Counted from the first letter of the stretch, positions 35,901 through 47,600 are shown. The stretch: DNA of 64,000 nucleotides from Candidatus Obscuribacterales bacterium (GCA_965228855.1 CBDDIJ010000005.1:635856-699855), one strand, 5' to 3'. Numbers and translations are program-made. Notes: generated from the sequence alone by a model not told the origin.

Positions 35901-38900
35901 GCCCAGGGCCGTTAAATGAACGTCCTTAGCCGAGATGGTTCCAAGTGCACCGACCGTGAGATTGTTTGGCGCTGTCAGATCGAAGATATAGGAAGCTCCT
36001 GCGGAACTCGGTCCGGAGACGTTGACATCACCTGCGGTATCAGTAATGAACACGTCATTAGCAGCCACTGCGACCAGGTTGGTTGCATCAATTTCAAGCG
36101 GTGATGAAGGAATCGAACCAATACTTCCAGCGGTCGAAACAAGCGTCAGGTTTGGTACAGAACCGCCCAGTCCATCGCTCAAGCCGCCACTGATGCTATC
36201 GTTCAATATAGATCCGAACGAAGTGAGAGTAATGCTGTTGCTTCCTTCGACGCTGCCATCCAGGTCCAGAATGCCCGAGGTGGAGGTCAAGCTCACATCC
36301 GCACCAGAAATTGTGCCGGAACTGCTGAGGTCGCCAGTGCTCTCAACGGATGCAGTGGCAGACGCACTGCCGGTGAGGACATTCAGCGCACCGTTGTTCT
36401 CAACATATGCACTACCAGCTGCGGCTGAGAAAGTTAATGCTGACGTGGCTAACTGGATAGGAGCGAGGCTAGAGCCGATACTTGTTGCAGAGTCAAGCAC
36501 TACGGAAGGCGCGAGGATTGTTCCCACCGGTAAATCCGTAGCACTAATGCTGGATGCACTGATTTCAACAAAGTCCGAACTGCTTACCGAGCCGGTAATT
36601 GAAACAGTTCCCGCAGCGACAAGCATTACAGGCTCGCCCGATACCGTACCTGGTACCGTGATGTTGCCGGCGCTCTGCAAGGAGAACATACCCATGGCAG
36701 CTGAACCGCCGACCAGAGCTATATTCGCATTGTTGGAGATAACGTTTACAAAACCTGTCGGCGCGTTGAGAGTTAGTGACTGTACGTTAGTAGAAACCAG
36801 TACTGGCGCGACATCTCCCACATTGCCGTTGGTAGAGGTGACGGACAGTGTAGGAGTAAAAACGGAATTTAGTTGATTAGCTGCTGTGAAACTCTCGTAG
36901 GCTGTCAACATCGCTGAAGATGACGCTACAGCCAGCGAAACTGTAATAGCACCGTTGGTGGATGAAGCGACCAGTGAAGCGACGTCCACATCTAATAGAT
37001 GCAAGTCCCCTTCAGCCCTGATATCCAAAAGACCACCTTCCGCAATCGAAACTGTGGTGTTGCCTACGGCATCCAGGTAATCGGAACCAGTTACAAGCGA
37101 CACAACGCTCGGCGACGATAGCTTAAGTCTGCCACTAACCGATCCGACATTGCTGGCAGACAACTGCACCTGTCCAGTTGCCGTCACGAGAGAGCCGGAA
37201 TCAACTATGACATCACCGGTTGCAGAAAAGCGCGTGACGCGCGAGGTTATGCTTCCCCCGAACTGAATGTTGGCAGAAGAAGAAAGCCTGACGATGTCTG
37301 CAGTTATTTCAGCAGTCAGCGTGAGCCCAGTGGTTCCAAGCACTGAGAACGTCTGGAGCAGATTGGTTCCAGCAGAATTGATTCCTGTCAGGTTTACGCT
37401 GTTCGGATCGACTACATAAACCATTCCTGTCGGTGCATTCAACGTCAAGTTCACGGCATCGATATCAAGCTCATTACCGCTTGACCCAATCGAGCCATTC
37501 GTAGAGGTCAAATTGATTTGCGGCGCCGATAGAGCCGTTGGGCTTCCTAAGTTGACATCGCTAATATTATCGAAAGAGGTGAGGGAGATAGTGTCTGTCG
37601 CGGTTACCTGATTGACGAAAACACTACCAAGAGAAGACTCGATGGCGACATTGCGACCGCTGATTGGCTGGTAGGTGAAAACTGAAAGACTACCGGAGAG
37701 AGAGACGTCCCGCCCGGCGGTTACATCTTCGTTGATGAACAAATTGGCCGTCGTAGATGTAATTCGTACGTCGCGTCCAGCACTAAGAACTTTGTTGATG
37801 TAAATCGAATCAACCGAGTCCAAGATGATGTCACCGTTAGTGGCGGTTAATAGCTCATTAGCAAAGATGCTGTCGTTTGAGCTGATATTGATATTTCCTG
37901 CGGCAGTGATGTTGCCGTTCAAGAAAACACTATCTCCGGGAGTTGAGTTCGACTCTATAACAATGTTGCCGCCTGCATCAATTCGTCCGGCAAAAACCGA
38001 ACCACCTGAAGTTTGCGCGGTGACGTTACCGCTAGCGCTAACATCCTGATTCAGAAAAATACTGCTACCAGCTAGAAGGCTTATGTTGCCTCCAGTAGTC
38101 GACAATGGAACATCGTTAATGGAGAGAGAGTTGGCGGAGTCAAAAATTATATTGCGACCAGCGCTCACACCACTGCCGTCCGCAGTGAGGGAACCACCAG
38201 TAGTTGAATAGCTAAAATCAAGACCCGCGACACCCTGAATAAAGCTCGTAGAAATGGCACTATTCGTCAGAGTGACGCTACCTGCGGCACTAGCGTCGAC
38301 AAAGGTAGCATTGATCGCAAGCGGTTGTCCAAGCGAGCCGATGCTACCGTTAACGGAAGCGAGAGTGAGGTCAAATACTGTTGCGCCACTGCCGGCCAGA
38401 CCACCAACAATACTGCCCGCGGTGATGCTGTTCAAAGACGTCAATGAAATCGAGTCGGTTCCAGTCACCAGGCCGTTCAAACCGAGACTGCCATTGGTTG
38501 CTTGAAGAACAACATCGGTGGCTGAAATTGAGCCATCGCTCAGGATGTTGTTGTTGGCCGTTACGCTAAAATCGAACAGCGCAGTACTGGTTCCAACGGT
38601 GACAGTATTGGGGTCGCTGAAATAAACGTTATTAGCTTGAAGAGTAACATGGTTTGCGTCCAGTAACAGAGGCGTCGCGCTTGTGCCGATGTCTCCTGCG
38701 GTGGACGTGATTTGAAGGTTCGGACTAGTTAGAACTCCAGTTATAGAGGAATTCAAAATGTTTCCAGCGGCGGTTAGCGATATAAAGTTCGAAGCAGTCA
38801 GGTTACTGGCGATGTTCAATGAACCGCTTGCGATAAACGACAGCTGATTTCCGCTCACACTGCTGGTAGTCGAAAGGTTGGCAGCGTTTACCTGGAGAGT

Positions 38901-41576
38901 GCCTGAAACAAACGAAGAGCCACCACCCATGGTGAGGTCCGTCGCATCAACGATTGTCGCATTTCCGCTGAGTGCGTTAACCGTCAAATTCGTAGCTTCG
39001 ACATTACCGACAATATCTCCGGTCTCCGATCGCAAGTTCACCTGCGGAGCGGTCACTGATGCTGGAATTACAGAAGTGATGCCAGTTTGAGCCCGTATGG
39101 TTGCGCTAGTCGTTGCCGTTATGATCTCGGACAATGTGACATTGCTTGTCAGCGAACGCAAATTGACGACATCAGCGGTGATCGTATTATCAGTAATAAC
39201 AGCTCCGTTCGCTTGAAGATCGAAGATACCAGCGGCACTCCCATCAATGTTGGCGGCGCCAGTCACATTGATAAAGACAGAGCCATTCGAGGCGAATGCT
39301 CCAATATCCGGTCCGGTCAGATTCAGCCTGCCAGAGGCGGAGGATCCAATATTGCCATTCATACTCGTTAGTACGAGGAAAGCCCCGGCACCGATTGTCG
39401 AACTGGCTGTATTGGTAATGTTTCCTTCTGCAAAGATGAGCACTGCGGCTGCAGAAATACCACTGCCGCCGGATTGATTAATGTTGCCAGTCGACGCAAG
39501 AACCAAAGATCCAGCGATATCTATGACACCGCTGTTAATCTGGATGTTGCCACCAGTCGTAGGAGTTAGACTGTCGCCGACAAGTGTATTTCCTGAGGTA
39601 ATTTGACCGCTTGCATCAAAGACGACGTTCGCGCCATTCGAGGAGATCGGCTGCAGCGTGGAAATAGAGACTGAATTTAATAAGTTTGGCGAGTCAGCGT
39701 TGATGCCGCCTAACGTGATTGCGGTAGTGTTCTGAGCCCCGGCGATGATCGTGATGTCGCCAGCATCACCTGTAACGGAACTGGCATTAATTAGGGTTCC
39801 ACCCAGATTCACGCGTCCAGAATTAAAGTTCAAACCAGCGAACGCGGCAACGAGGATGTCACCTGCATTATCGCTCGCATTCAATCCGGCCGATGATATG
39901 GTCACGCCACTTCCGAGTAGAACACTGCCACCACCAGTAGAGGCATTACCGGTCAGTGTAGTTCCGGAAAACGTGCCGCCCGGGAGAGTCGAACTGTTGG
40001 TGCCACCGGGCAGTTGCTCCGCTCCAGCTATGAGCGTAATGTTATAACCCTGTCCCGCAGACGTTGCAGTGATAGTAACATTATTGGCGCTTGTGATGTT
40101 GCCACTGGCAATGATCGCCAGATCCTCAGCGACTGTAATATCGCCAGCAATGTTGATATTTCCGGCACTATTCTTGAAGGTCGGGTCACCCGTCAGACAA
40201 ACTTGACCGATGTTCAGCTCAGCAGTAGCAGCTTGCACATGAGCTTCGGCACCTGTCTGATTGATGGTTCCAGTCAGTTCGTTAACTTCGACCCGAAGGA
40301 CACCACCGCCGGCGTTCAAATTCAGCTCGCGGCTGAATAAATCCCCACCTGAGACGTTGGTGTTGAAAGGCTCTGAAAATGCTGCGTTACGAACGTTAAT
40401 TGCGCCGTTCAGAGCGGAGATTGTCCCGCCGTCGTTATTGAGGTTTAAATCAGCTGTCGCCGCTCCATCGACATTCACATCGCCTTTAAGCGATTCGACA
40501 CGACCACTGTTGACGATGGATGATGAACTCAGATTCACATCTCTGACTGCGCTGACGTCAGATGCGTTAGTTAGATTGCCACCGGCTGTAAGTGTCAAGC
40601 TGCCACTGGATGTGATACTACCGTAGTTGCTGAGGTCCCCTTTAGCGTTTAAACCGAGATCAACGGCCCCACCTTTTCCACCAAGGTCGTTTCTCTGACC
40701 GTTGTTCAAAACAGTCGAGATAACACCGCCAGCCTGATTTGTGATGTCATCGGCATAAATCGTACCGCCGCGAACAGACTTACTGCTGGATACTGCGTAC
40801 ACGAAGCCGTAGTTCGTCAGGTCGCCTTGCAATCTAAAGTCCGAACCTTTTCCGAAATCCCCGTAGGTTGTGACGCCGACGGGCACGATCAGGTCAGAGG
40901 CTTTCATGACGTCATTATTAGCTGTGATGGAGCCCAGATCAACCTGACCACCAATAGAAGCACCCGTTGCGTCCAGCGTGACTTTCTGTCCGCCACCTGC
41001 AAGGACTTGCTTGACGGCTACGTATTCGGAAGCGGTCACTTGTTGACCAGCTGAGATCGTTTTGACTTCGCCACCGACACTGATTTCAACTGAGTTGACG
41101 TTGCCAAAGAGCTTCTGCCCTAGAGTGATGTTTCTAACTGTCGAAGAAAGGTCAAGATTTACGCCATTCTTCAGTGAAACGAGATTGCCGTCAGAATTAT
41201 TTTGCAAAGACTGGTTCACGACGCCGTTGTGACGCTCGAGTCGCTGAGTCCACCTGTCAGCACGATTCGATCCAAGCGAAGCACCGGTTGATTGCGTCGT
41301 ATTTACGTTTCCGCTCAAAGAAGGAACTGCGAGGAAAGTCGATGGAGATGTTGCATTTCGAGCACCACCTGCGACACCAAACTCCTGGCGATACATACCG
41401 CGCAAAGTTTGCCTGTCAATGCCGGGATTCTGGTCTCGAAACTCCCTGAAGGTCGTTCGATCATGCTCAGGAGCAGCCTGGGCTGCCTGCATGGCTGATG
41501 CGGACAGGGAACCAATAATGACTGCCATCCACTGCTTAACAAACGACTTGCGAACTCTGACTGCCTTCTTACTCAT
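29925..41576 (-). CDS. giant secreted beta-helix-repeat protein, paralog 2 (3883 aa), unclassified family
   Basis: Uninterrupted 11,652-nt ORF. ATG has AGGA 9 nt upstream. Signal peptide is MSKKAVRVRKSFVKQWMAVIIGSLSASAMQAAQA|AP. Same architecture as paralog 1, and the C-terminus ends ...KPRTVALKW. Confidence 0.9.
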   Translation of the reverse strand: MSKKAVRVRKSFVKQWMAVIIGSLSASAMQAAQAAPEHDRTTFREFRDQNPGIDRQTLRGMYRQEFGVAGGARNATSPSTFLAVPSLSGNVNTTQSTGASLGSNRADRWTQRLERHNGVVNQSLQNNSDGNLVSLKNGVNLDLSSTVRNITLGQKLFGNVNSVEISVGGEVKTISAGQQVTASEYVAVKQVLAGGGQKVTLDATGASIGGQVDLGSITANNDVMKASDLIVPVGVTTYGDFGKGSDFRLQGDLTNYGFVYAVSSSKSVRGGTIYADDITNQAGGVISTVLNNGQRNDLGGKGGAVDLGLNAKGDLSNYGSITSSGSLTLTAGGNLTNASDVSAVRDVNLSSSSIVNSGRVESLKGDVNVDGAATADLNLNNDGGTISALNGAINVRNAAFSEPFNTNVSGGDLFSRELNLNAGGGVLRVEVNELTGTINQTGAEAHVQAATAELNIGQVCLTGDPTFKNSAGNINIAGDITVAEDLAIIASGNITSANNVTITATSAGQGYNITLIAGAEQLPGGTNSSTLPGGTFSGTTLTGNASTGGGSVLLGSGVTISSAGLNASDNAGDILVAAFAGLNFNSGRVNLGGTLINASSVTGDAGDITIIAGAQNTTAITLGGINADSPNLLNSVSISTLQPISSNGANVVFDASGQITSGNTLVGDSLTPTTGGNIQINSGVIDIAGSLVLASTGNINQSGGSGISAAAVLIFAEGNITNTASSTIGAGAFLVLTSMNGNIGSSASGRLNLTGPDIGAFASNGSVFINVTGAANIDGSAAGIFDLQANGAVITDNTITADVVNLRSLTSNVTLSEIITATTSATIRAQTGITSVIPASVTAPQVNLRSETGDIVGNVEATNLTVNALSGNATIVDATDLTMGGGSSFVSGTLQVNAANLSTTSSVSGNQLSFIASGSLNIASNLTASNFISLTAAGNILNSSITGVLTSPNLQITSTAGDIGTSATPLLLDANHVTLQANNVYFSDPNTVTVGTSTALFDFSVTANNNILSDGSISATDVVLQATNGSLGLNGLVTGTDSISLTSLNSITAGSIVGGLAGSGATVFDLTLASVNGSIGSLGQPLAINATFVDASAAGSVTLTNSAISTSFIQGVAGLDFSYSTTGGSLTADGSGVSAGRNIIFDSANSLSINDVPLSTTGGNISLLAGSSIFLNQDVSASGNVTAQTSGGSVFAGRIDAGGNIVIESNSTPGDSVFLNGNITAAGNINISSNDSIFANELLTATNGDIILDSVDSIYINKVLSAGRDVRITSTTANLFINEDVTAGRDVSLSGSLSVFTYQPISGRNVAIESSLGSVFVNQVTATDTISLTSFDNISDVNLGSPTALSAPQINLTSTNGSIGSSGNELDIDAVNLTLNAPTGMVYVVDPNSVNLTGINSAGTNLLQTFSVLGTTGLTLTAEITADIVRLSSSANIQFGGSITSRVTRFSATGDVIVDSGSLVTATGQVQLSASNVGSVSGRLKLSSPSVVSLVTGSDYLDAVGNTTVSIAEGGLLDIRAEGDLHLLDVDVASLVASSTNGAITVSLAVASSSAMLTAYESFTAANQLNSVFTPTLSVTSTNGNVGDVAPVLVSTNVQSLTLNAPTGFVNVISNNANIALVGGSAAMGMFSLQSAGNITVPGTVSGEPVMLVAAGTVSITGSVSSSDFVEISASSISATDLPVGTILAPSVVLDSATSIGSSLAPIQLATSALTFSAAAGSAYVENNGALNVLTGSASATASVESTGDLSSSGTISGADVSLTSTSGILDLDGSVEGSNSITLTSFGSILNDSISGGLSDGLGGSVPNLTLVSTAGSIGSIPSSPLEIDATNLVAVAANDVFITDTAGDVNVSGPSSAGASYIFDLTAPNNLTVGALGTISAKDVHLTALGGSLTLNALVTGTSNINLTANGAIDDSSILGGLSSPVINLTSDTSSINVTTVDFSTVTANAATFVNLTDTAGSMNIGSAPSSAGTTFTATSGSLSNDGTIDAIDVNLNATTGGFTFNNVISGTTSITLTSNDDILNGVGAGQLVTPTLIATSTTGNIGAALDPLTLSVSSVTLNAPLGSVWVENSQALGVGGASGAAGAFSLTAQGTITVAAPISASDVTLKAKDGSGGHIAVNAAIAGTSQVTIASDAGIVSADLASTITTPVLNLITTTGSIGTLATPISITAGTVSVHSADSAFVTKPVGSLIVNESSAMNTLQISSNVNLTTAGELIGTDVALFANTGTLQINDDIIGVNSISLTSANSILNSNVIGELMSGLGVPVNQLNLNVTAGDIGASVDYFSFDAVNIRANATGSVFLSDESGNVNFGGGASSAGNAFVAVSTGDISSSSTIGGQDVTLIADGGFDLDGAVNAVASITLNSGTGIANSNISGGLNAAALNLVALTGDIGAELAPLSIDTNVLKANAFSGSVYVDDSNSLTLRSDSSATGTLSVAAATTLLVQDNGVNLTAPIVILDAGNSLSIARTIDASTGTSLVSGGTLVQTAGSINTGDLAVSFVTGPVTLTTDAAKLATLGGSGQILTINEADGIELLAQAVGTLNINASQVSGGNVTTGGDFTVATLNIINNNGSILIDHDITATTAMTLNTQGGGSGSIQQTNGLLLTPSLTVLAGIGGIGTGGNELVFTNGANPVSLTANGIGGGDISVIYSGTGTVNVQASAGNDFVSIDTDNGGSIALAGNIAGSGTLSLTTDNLTSGSVANFDQININNSPAGALSISGGTYTTANGFSATSSHGISLSGAILLNGAGDAVFSVGDEPDQFIVNAGATVTGTNKLTVNACDLVFNGTITGNPLVIVCSNNGTIANSTGDVLLPSDLVFVGQNLAILAAGNITTTGSTLINLSGASGSGSLTLMAGYDFTPATAGQIQGPGLYTITGVSANGGSIDLTNVDIVLSGGTGSGGNLVAVANAGSLNDGSVILGTVDTTGTINGGNVTVTAPGGITIDSVTTNGGTNSGNVALSVANPTIVGGPVTVQNGLVLTGSFGVGTATSGDLTVNSLVAGTGDVTLLGAFGALDNIDVQSVNANRLNVNVGDGAATISNSGLNELNTNGSGTISLLNQTGPIVLNNIVGATQDLDVSASGTISTTSNAINIDNLNLQTSAGGDILLNGNVSGATFITFNADGTISQTSGVVGGGQFSITFNNGPVTLNTSVSTLLSNAGTGSTDLTINETDDLILDTQGVDVLTVNVASGAVTTNSDFTVDDLTVNVANGTFAVSNSIGATGTTNVFADDGVTSSGTGVINGDAVTLDTNAALGVDASDKLQINANTFQVSGQNVFVNNNNVAASTLNASSVVGTLDVSTVGDLVSGGDYSAAVVALSTGGAFDLTSTINGSTSVSLTTDGDLTNITGTLNTPTLLLNSVSGNVGTDANNPFLVAANVTSIGGTAGGGFFVTSAATGGVNFVAITAGDDISLKANGGLNLTQNITSTGGALAIQATQDVLDIADGITLLAHDQIDITQVGTVKKRDKIVFGAGSSVLTNAKTVGLGNINIVLGAPQSPGNKIPTPKKNVTIVENGGSVLFGGKKAQAAAPGNVFTAQGADVYVSTFNPKSIVFEGNVTITADPPVAEGTPVLIRQFAGVGGDSQPGALGTATISNELGSISSLNTALNLLPANSTSLSGLGASVLQGVQNISMNNATITSGASGALTSGDLSTVAVSQVDDSYMTTTSPQGTMVNASICSDIEFVGDVGFNGVEKMKHSAVVSVNSGSVLFAPTSDTTVVTPKGKVKVAANAVAMVVVEDTHLSVYDVNDLHKNSVVVEAAGRSIPLSPGSHAVITHAGVEQFSDINPVESIMHRGLSRHELGNGHRAFTSEFSVPGAIQCIKPLSAMILSNHSQAKKVKERVLKTSAIIMQLSSNTPYEFHAKPRTVALKW
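31235..40100 (-). repeat. degenerate protein-level repeat body of giant gene 2 (short-period block ~37565-38170; Cys module ~32545-33235)
   Basis: Same repeat grammar and composition as paralog 1. Boundaries are approximate. Confidence 0.7.
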
Positions 41577-41627
41577 TATGTTAGGTCCTGCAAAATAAAT
41601 TGAAGTGAGAAACGAAAGAAACGCGAG

Positions 41628-41670
41628 ACGCCCCCGAGCACGGAACCTCAGTTCTCATGATCGGGAGCGT
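41628..41670 (-). promoter_or_regulatory. intergenic RNA stem-loop directly after the stop of giant gene 3
   Basis: 10-bp outer stem acgcccccga / tcgggagcgt. Its single C/A mismatch on the plus strand is a G-U pair in the sense transcript. The 23-nt loop holds an inner 4-bp stem (gaac/gttc). On the sense strand a U-rich run (uuucuuucguuucu) begins 6 nt after the stem. Confidence 0.35.
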
Positions 41671-41675
41671 TGCAA

Positions 41676-44600
41676 TTACCAGTTGAGCGCAACTGTTTTC
41701 GGCTTGGTGTGGAATTCGTAAGCGGTTCCGTTCTGACCGAGTTGCAACACGATTGCAGAGGTTTTAACTACCTTCGCTGCGACTTTCTGAGCTTCTGGAT
41801 GCTTGGAGCTTAGCAACGCCTTGAGCGGTTTCAGCACTTGAATTGCGCCTGGCAGCGAGAATTCAGTAGTGAAGGCTTTGCGCCCGTTGCCCATGTCGTG
41901 ATGACCGACGTTTCTGTGCATCATCGCTTCGATTGCATTAACTTCAGCGAACTGAGCGCATTTATCGTTGGTCACGGTCACGTGTCTTCCCGGAGCCAAT
42001 GGGATGCTTCTGCCGCCGACTTCAACTTCAACGCTTCTCTTATGATGATCGTTTACATCGTAAACCGACAGGTGAGTTGCATCAGCGACAACCAGGGCGA
42101 TCGCGCCGGCGGCCAACTTGACCGTTCCCTTTGGTGAAACGACAGTTGTATCCTTCGATGCAACGAAAAGAACACTGCCATGGTCCATCGTCACGCAATC
42201 CGAATGTGGCCTTGTTGAAACACCGTTTTCGCCAGCGGAGAAACCAAGTTCCATGTCGGTACAGAGTTGAACATCGAAGGTCATCGAACTTGGCGCGTTG
42301 GTCGTCATGTACGAATTATCCGCAGTCGTGCTTACCGCTCCAGCCAATCCGTTGGTTGAAGCCGTCGCCAGATTAGTGGCGGAGTCGCTTGAATTCAACA
42401 GATTGCTGCTTCCAAGCGAGTTGGTGGCGGTCATGTTGTTGAGGGAAACCAACTGCAATGCAGCGGTTGAAGCGACCGGTGCTGAGCTAATCAGCTCGGA
42501 AGCGAAAGCACTATCCGTGGTGGCGGCTGGAGAAGATGTGGTGGCATCAGCTCCGTGCATTACGCCTTTGCCATAGCTGATGTAGACAGGAGTTCCCACC
42601 GGCACAGGCGGGTCGGCTGTCACGGTGACGCCGCCTCGAATCTCAATGAGGTTGTTTCTCAAGTTATTGCTGACCAGAATATCAGCACCCTGCGCCGTGA
42701 ATATGTTCTGAGGAGATAGACCCTTAGCCCGTCTTCCCGAGAAACTGACAGTACCGCCGTTTTCGACAACAGTCGTGAACTTCGGTGTTTTGTTACCGCC
42801 CGGGGGAAGGATGCTCGGTCCGATCGCAATGGTGACGTCGCCCAGACCGGCGATTTTGGCATTCGTGACAATGGTTGAACCGGTTCCAAGAATGAGCTTG
42901 GCTTTCTTATCACTGGTCGTATTGATCACGTTGATGCTGCTGAAGGCCGTCAGTGTGGTGTTGTCACCGATGGTGAGGAACCCGCCTGAACCCAGGACAG
43001 ACAGGTCACCGTTGACCGAGGTCAGATCGCCCGTCACGGTGAGTGCGCCTGCTGATGCGAGGCTCAAATCGTTGCCGGCCGTTGATTCTGCGAAGTTCAC
43101 GCCCACTGTTGATGCGCTGTTGATAAACACACTTCCGGTTGCAGCGAGTGCGTTACCGGAAATAGTGCCGATTCCGGCTGCAACATTGAATGGATTATTT
43201 TCATCGACGCCGATCGAACCGGTCACGGAGGTGAGCTTCAACGAAGGCGTCGTGAGCGTACCTGTGAGGTCGGCGTTTACGATGTTGTTGTTAGCAGTCA
43301 GAGTCAGGGTAGTGGTACCGGTCAGTGCACCGGTGAGAGCGAACTTGCCGCCGGTAGCGAGCACTGTATTTGCTGAGCTGGCAGTTCCAGCTCCGGTCAG
43401 ATCACCGACAGTGAAGATATCCAGCGTGTTGGTGGCGATGCTGTTGCCGAGAACGACTGCACCGGCCAAGGTGTTGTTGACGAAGGCATTCTGCGCTGCT
43501 GCCACACGCATGTTGTTAGCGACGATCGTGAACCTGTTTGCAGAGTCGGTTCCAATCGCGCCAGCAGAGGAGAGAACGGCATTATTCGTTATGACCGACC
43601 CACCGAGCGTCGTTGTCATACCGCCTGAGGCAGTCAACGTCGCAGAGTTTGTCGCGGTAATATCGTTTGTAATACCGATCGTTCCAGCGGTGGCTGTAAG
43701 CGTGAGATCGTTGACGAGGAAGTCTGCGCTGGTTGTTATATTTCCAGCCGTCGAGTTCACCGTCAAGGCAGTTACGGCTTGCGAGCCGATCGTGATGTCG
43801 TTAGCTTCGTTGATGGTTAGCGTTCCAGCCGACAACGTCGTCAGTGACGCAACTGAAGTATTCAACGTTACCGGTCCGCTTCCGAATGAAACGCTCAATG
43901 CGTTACCTGAAACCGTTCCAGCCGTCTGCGTAATCGCTCCGTTCGAGTTGAAATCGACGGAGTTGTTACCGGTCAGAGCTGCACCGAGTTGGATGTTGCC
44001 CGTGGCCGAGATCAAGTCTACGTCGTTTGCTGTCGTGGCAGCGTTGATGACGATCGCATTGCCGGATGCGCTATTACCTGTCAATGTCAATTGATCGACA
44101 TTGACGCCAGTGCCTTGAACGGTGATTGTTCCTCCTGCGTTGATGACGACATCTTGTCCTACGCCGGCGACACCATTGAGGATGATGCCGTCAGCTTCGT
44201 TTAACAAAGTTATAGCGCCGCCGCCAGAGGTGTTCAACTCACCGACGCTGGTGCTCGCGAATGTCGCGGTACCAACTCCCGTGTTGACAATCAATTTGTT
44301 CGAAGCAATCGAGGTGGCGACTCGCTGAGAAATATCGTCGCCGGCTCCGAGAGCTCCAAGAATGGTCACATCGCGACCTGGCGCGGTTATGTTACCTACA
44401 AGCACATCGCCATTGGTGGCAACACCGGTCGTGAATGAACCACCGGTTACAGCACCGTTCTGAACAAATATGGTGCCACTGATGACCGGTTTGGCGACCG
44501 CTATGTTTATGTTGCCGCTAGTGATACCACCCGTCGTATCGATGTCTCCAGTGAATACGCCTCCAGCTCCGATAATGCGAACCTGACCGCTGGTAGCGGT

Positions 44601-47600
44601 GCCGGATGTGTCAATGTTTCCGAGGTTCACGATACCAGCATTAGTGATTCCATTGTTCGCGATCGCAGTGACAGCACCTCCGTTGCCGTTGTTGCCAACG
44701 GTTAGAATGTTGACGGTACTCAGGTTGATGTTACCGCCCTGGGTGCTGAATCCGGTAATGGTGTAGGTATCAGCATTCTGGGTCTGACCAGGTGTTGTCG
44801 GAGTGAAGGTGACACCCGCCATCAAAGTCAAGTTGCCACCGTTTGTGGTGCCGGTCAAATCGATCAGAGTTGCTCCGGAAGTGTTGATGTTGCCGGACGC
44901 GATGATCGCGAATGGTCCACCGTTGAATATGATGTTACCGCTCAAATTAACGTCGCCGGATCCATTGTTATTAGCGATGGTACCAGCGTCCGCGCAGTTG
45001 ACGACGAGCGGATTACCAGAAAGTGAACCGGTAAGAATCAAGTCGCAGGCGTTGACAGTCAATTGATTTTGACCGACAACCGAAACACCGCCGTTAACCG
45101 TGAAGAAATTGTTGATACCGCCGAGGTCTTTGACAGTGAGGATGGCTTCGCCATTGCCGCCGAACGTGGTGTTGCCGGCGAAGGTCATGTCGCCTTCAAG
45201 CGTGTCAAAGGTGGTTCCGTTTTCAGAGTTGAAGAAACCGCCAGTACCACTGATTGTGAGATTGCTTCCGGAGCCGGCTGTCGCGACCTCAATCGTATCG
45301 AAATCGAAAGTATTCGAATGAATGATGTTGCTCGTGGTCAGCTTCAAGTGCCCGGTACCATCGATGTCATCGAGGGTTTGAATTGTTCCGGTTAGCGCAG
45401 CTACTGAGAAGTTGTTGTTGCCGGTAGAGCCATCCAGGGAGATGGTGTTGGTTCCGGTGTATGTGATATTCACGTCGCCACCGACGGCTTCAGCGATTAC
45501 CGTTATCGCGCCGGCACCCGTTCCAACGACACGAATAGGCAGTGCACCAGTTCCGATACCACCGGCTGCGGAGAACATCGTCAACAGAGGAGTCGTTATT
45601 AAAGTTCCCGCTGTCTGCGTGATGCTTCCGTTTCCTGTCGAAGTGTCGAACGTGACAGCACCGGTCGCAGTGATGTTGTTGGAGATGTCGATATTTCCGG
45701 TGTCAGACGTGAGGACCAATGCCGTCAGGCTCAGGTCAGCGCCTGTCGTGATACTTCCGTTGGCGGAGTTTACATCTAAAACGTCAACGACTTGAGACAA
45801 CAATTGAATGTTGTCGGCTTCAAGGACCGTGAGATCCGTTGCATCACCGACAGTCGTTAGTTGGGCTACGTTGGTGGAAAGTGTCGCAGAAGCAGCGCCA
45901 AAGTCGACGGTCAGTAAACCACCGGACACAATGCCGGCGGTCTGTGTCAGCTCATCGCCTGCATTTAGCGAAACACCGGTAGCTCCCGCTACATCAGCGT
46001 TCAGAATTATATCGTCCCCTGCCGTGAGCGCTACGATCGGAGCGGTTACGTTCGAATTCACGGTGATATCTCCACCGGACAGAATTCCGAAAGCCACACC
46101 TGCAGCCGATGAACCACCGCCGAGCGTAATATTGTTGGCGTCCTCCACGAACACCGTTCCGGTAGCAGCATTTGCTCTGAGCACGTCAGCGTCGACATTG
46201 AGGAAGTCGAGGATGTCGCCTATGTTGCCGTTGGTCGAGGTCAGGTCAAGGAAGGCTGCCGGAATACCGATGCCGGAATTCAGACCGCCTGAAACGTTTG
46301 CGTCGAGAATACTGGCAGAGCTTGTCAGTTTTATCGAAGTTGTTCCAGTGACTGCGCCGTCAAGGTCGAAAGCTCCGCCTGTAGCAGTTAAATCTACATC
46401 CACGGCAGTGATGGTACCAGCTGCGGTGCTGTTTAGATTGATAGGAGCAACTGCGGTGAAACTGGTTCCAGCAGAGGATGCGCCGTTAAAAGTCATGGAA
46501 TCGGTTGTGTCGCTCAGAGAGACGAAACCGAAAGCATTAGCGATTACGTTGGTCAGATTCAACGAACTCAACGAAATATCGCCGGCAGTCGATTCGAAGT
46601 TGAAGTTGTCAGCGGTCAAACCGCCAACGACGTTTGCATCCAGAATCGAATCGTTGGACGATAGCGCGATGGTCACCGCTTCCAGAGGAGCATTGACGTT
46701 TACTGAACCGCCAGTCGCTGTGAGTGACAGAGTGGTTCCAGCCGTGATTGCACCAGTGACGGTTACGCTGCCAGCGGCTGTGACAGTGAACGAAATTCCA
46801 GAAAGTGAACTGTCGGCACCGATCGAAATGTCGTTCGCATCCGCAAGGTTGACATAACCGTTGGCGGCGAGCGCACTAACCTGTGCAAAGTCGATGCTCG
46901 TGATGTCGATGTTGTTGGCGCTCGAAGCCAGGTTGATTTGAGGAGAGCTCAACCCGCCGACTACAGCAGCATTGTCTATAGTGCCGTTAGACGTAAGATT
47001 GATTTCGGCAAGACCCTGGACAGAACCAGCCAGAGTGAAGCTTCCACCTAGAGCATTCAAGAACACAGTCGTACCGGAGATGCCGGCAGACGAAGTGAGG
47101 TCGGTGTTGGCAGTCAACTCAAAAGTGTCCTGCGCAGCCGAAGCAACGTTGACATTAATGTTGTCGTCTCCAAGGTGACCGTCATCGGTGATGAAGACGC
47201 TGCCGGCCGGTGTATTGGCACCCAGATTGACGGCATCGATCTTCAGAGTATCGAGACCAGCTCCGATGTCACCGTTATCCGAAGTCAACACCAGATTGGC
47301 TACGGCGGCGGTACCGCCAGCTCCTGTCAAACCACCGGCGATGTTGGCGTTCAAAATGCTATCGAAGGAACGCAATGTGATTGTATCGACGGCTCTCACT
47401 TCGCCGTTCAACAGGAAGTCGCCATTTACCGCACGCAGGGTGACATCATCTCCGGCACTGATCAGCCCGGAGCTGTGCAAGTTACCCGTAGCTACGATAT
47501 CGATGCTGGCAGTCGCGGATGCGCTGTTAACGTCGAGGTCATCAGCATCTGCCACAAAGACACCACCGGCAGTGGCGGTCGCGATGAGGTTGTCGGTGTT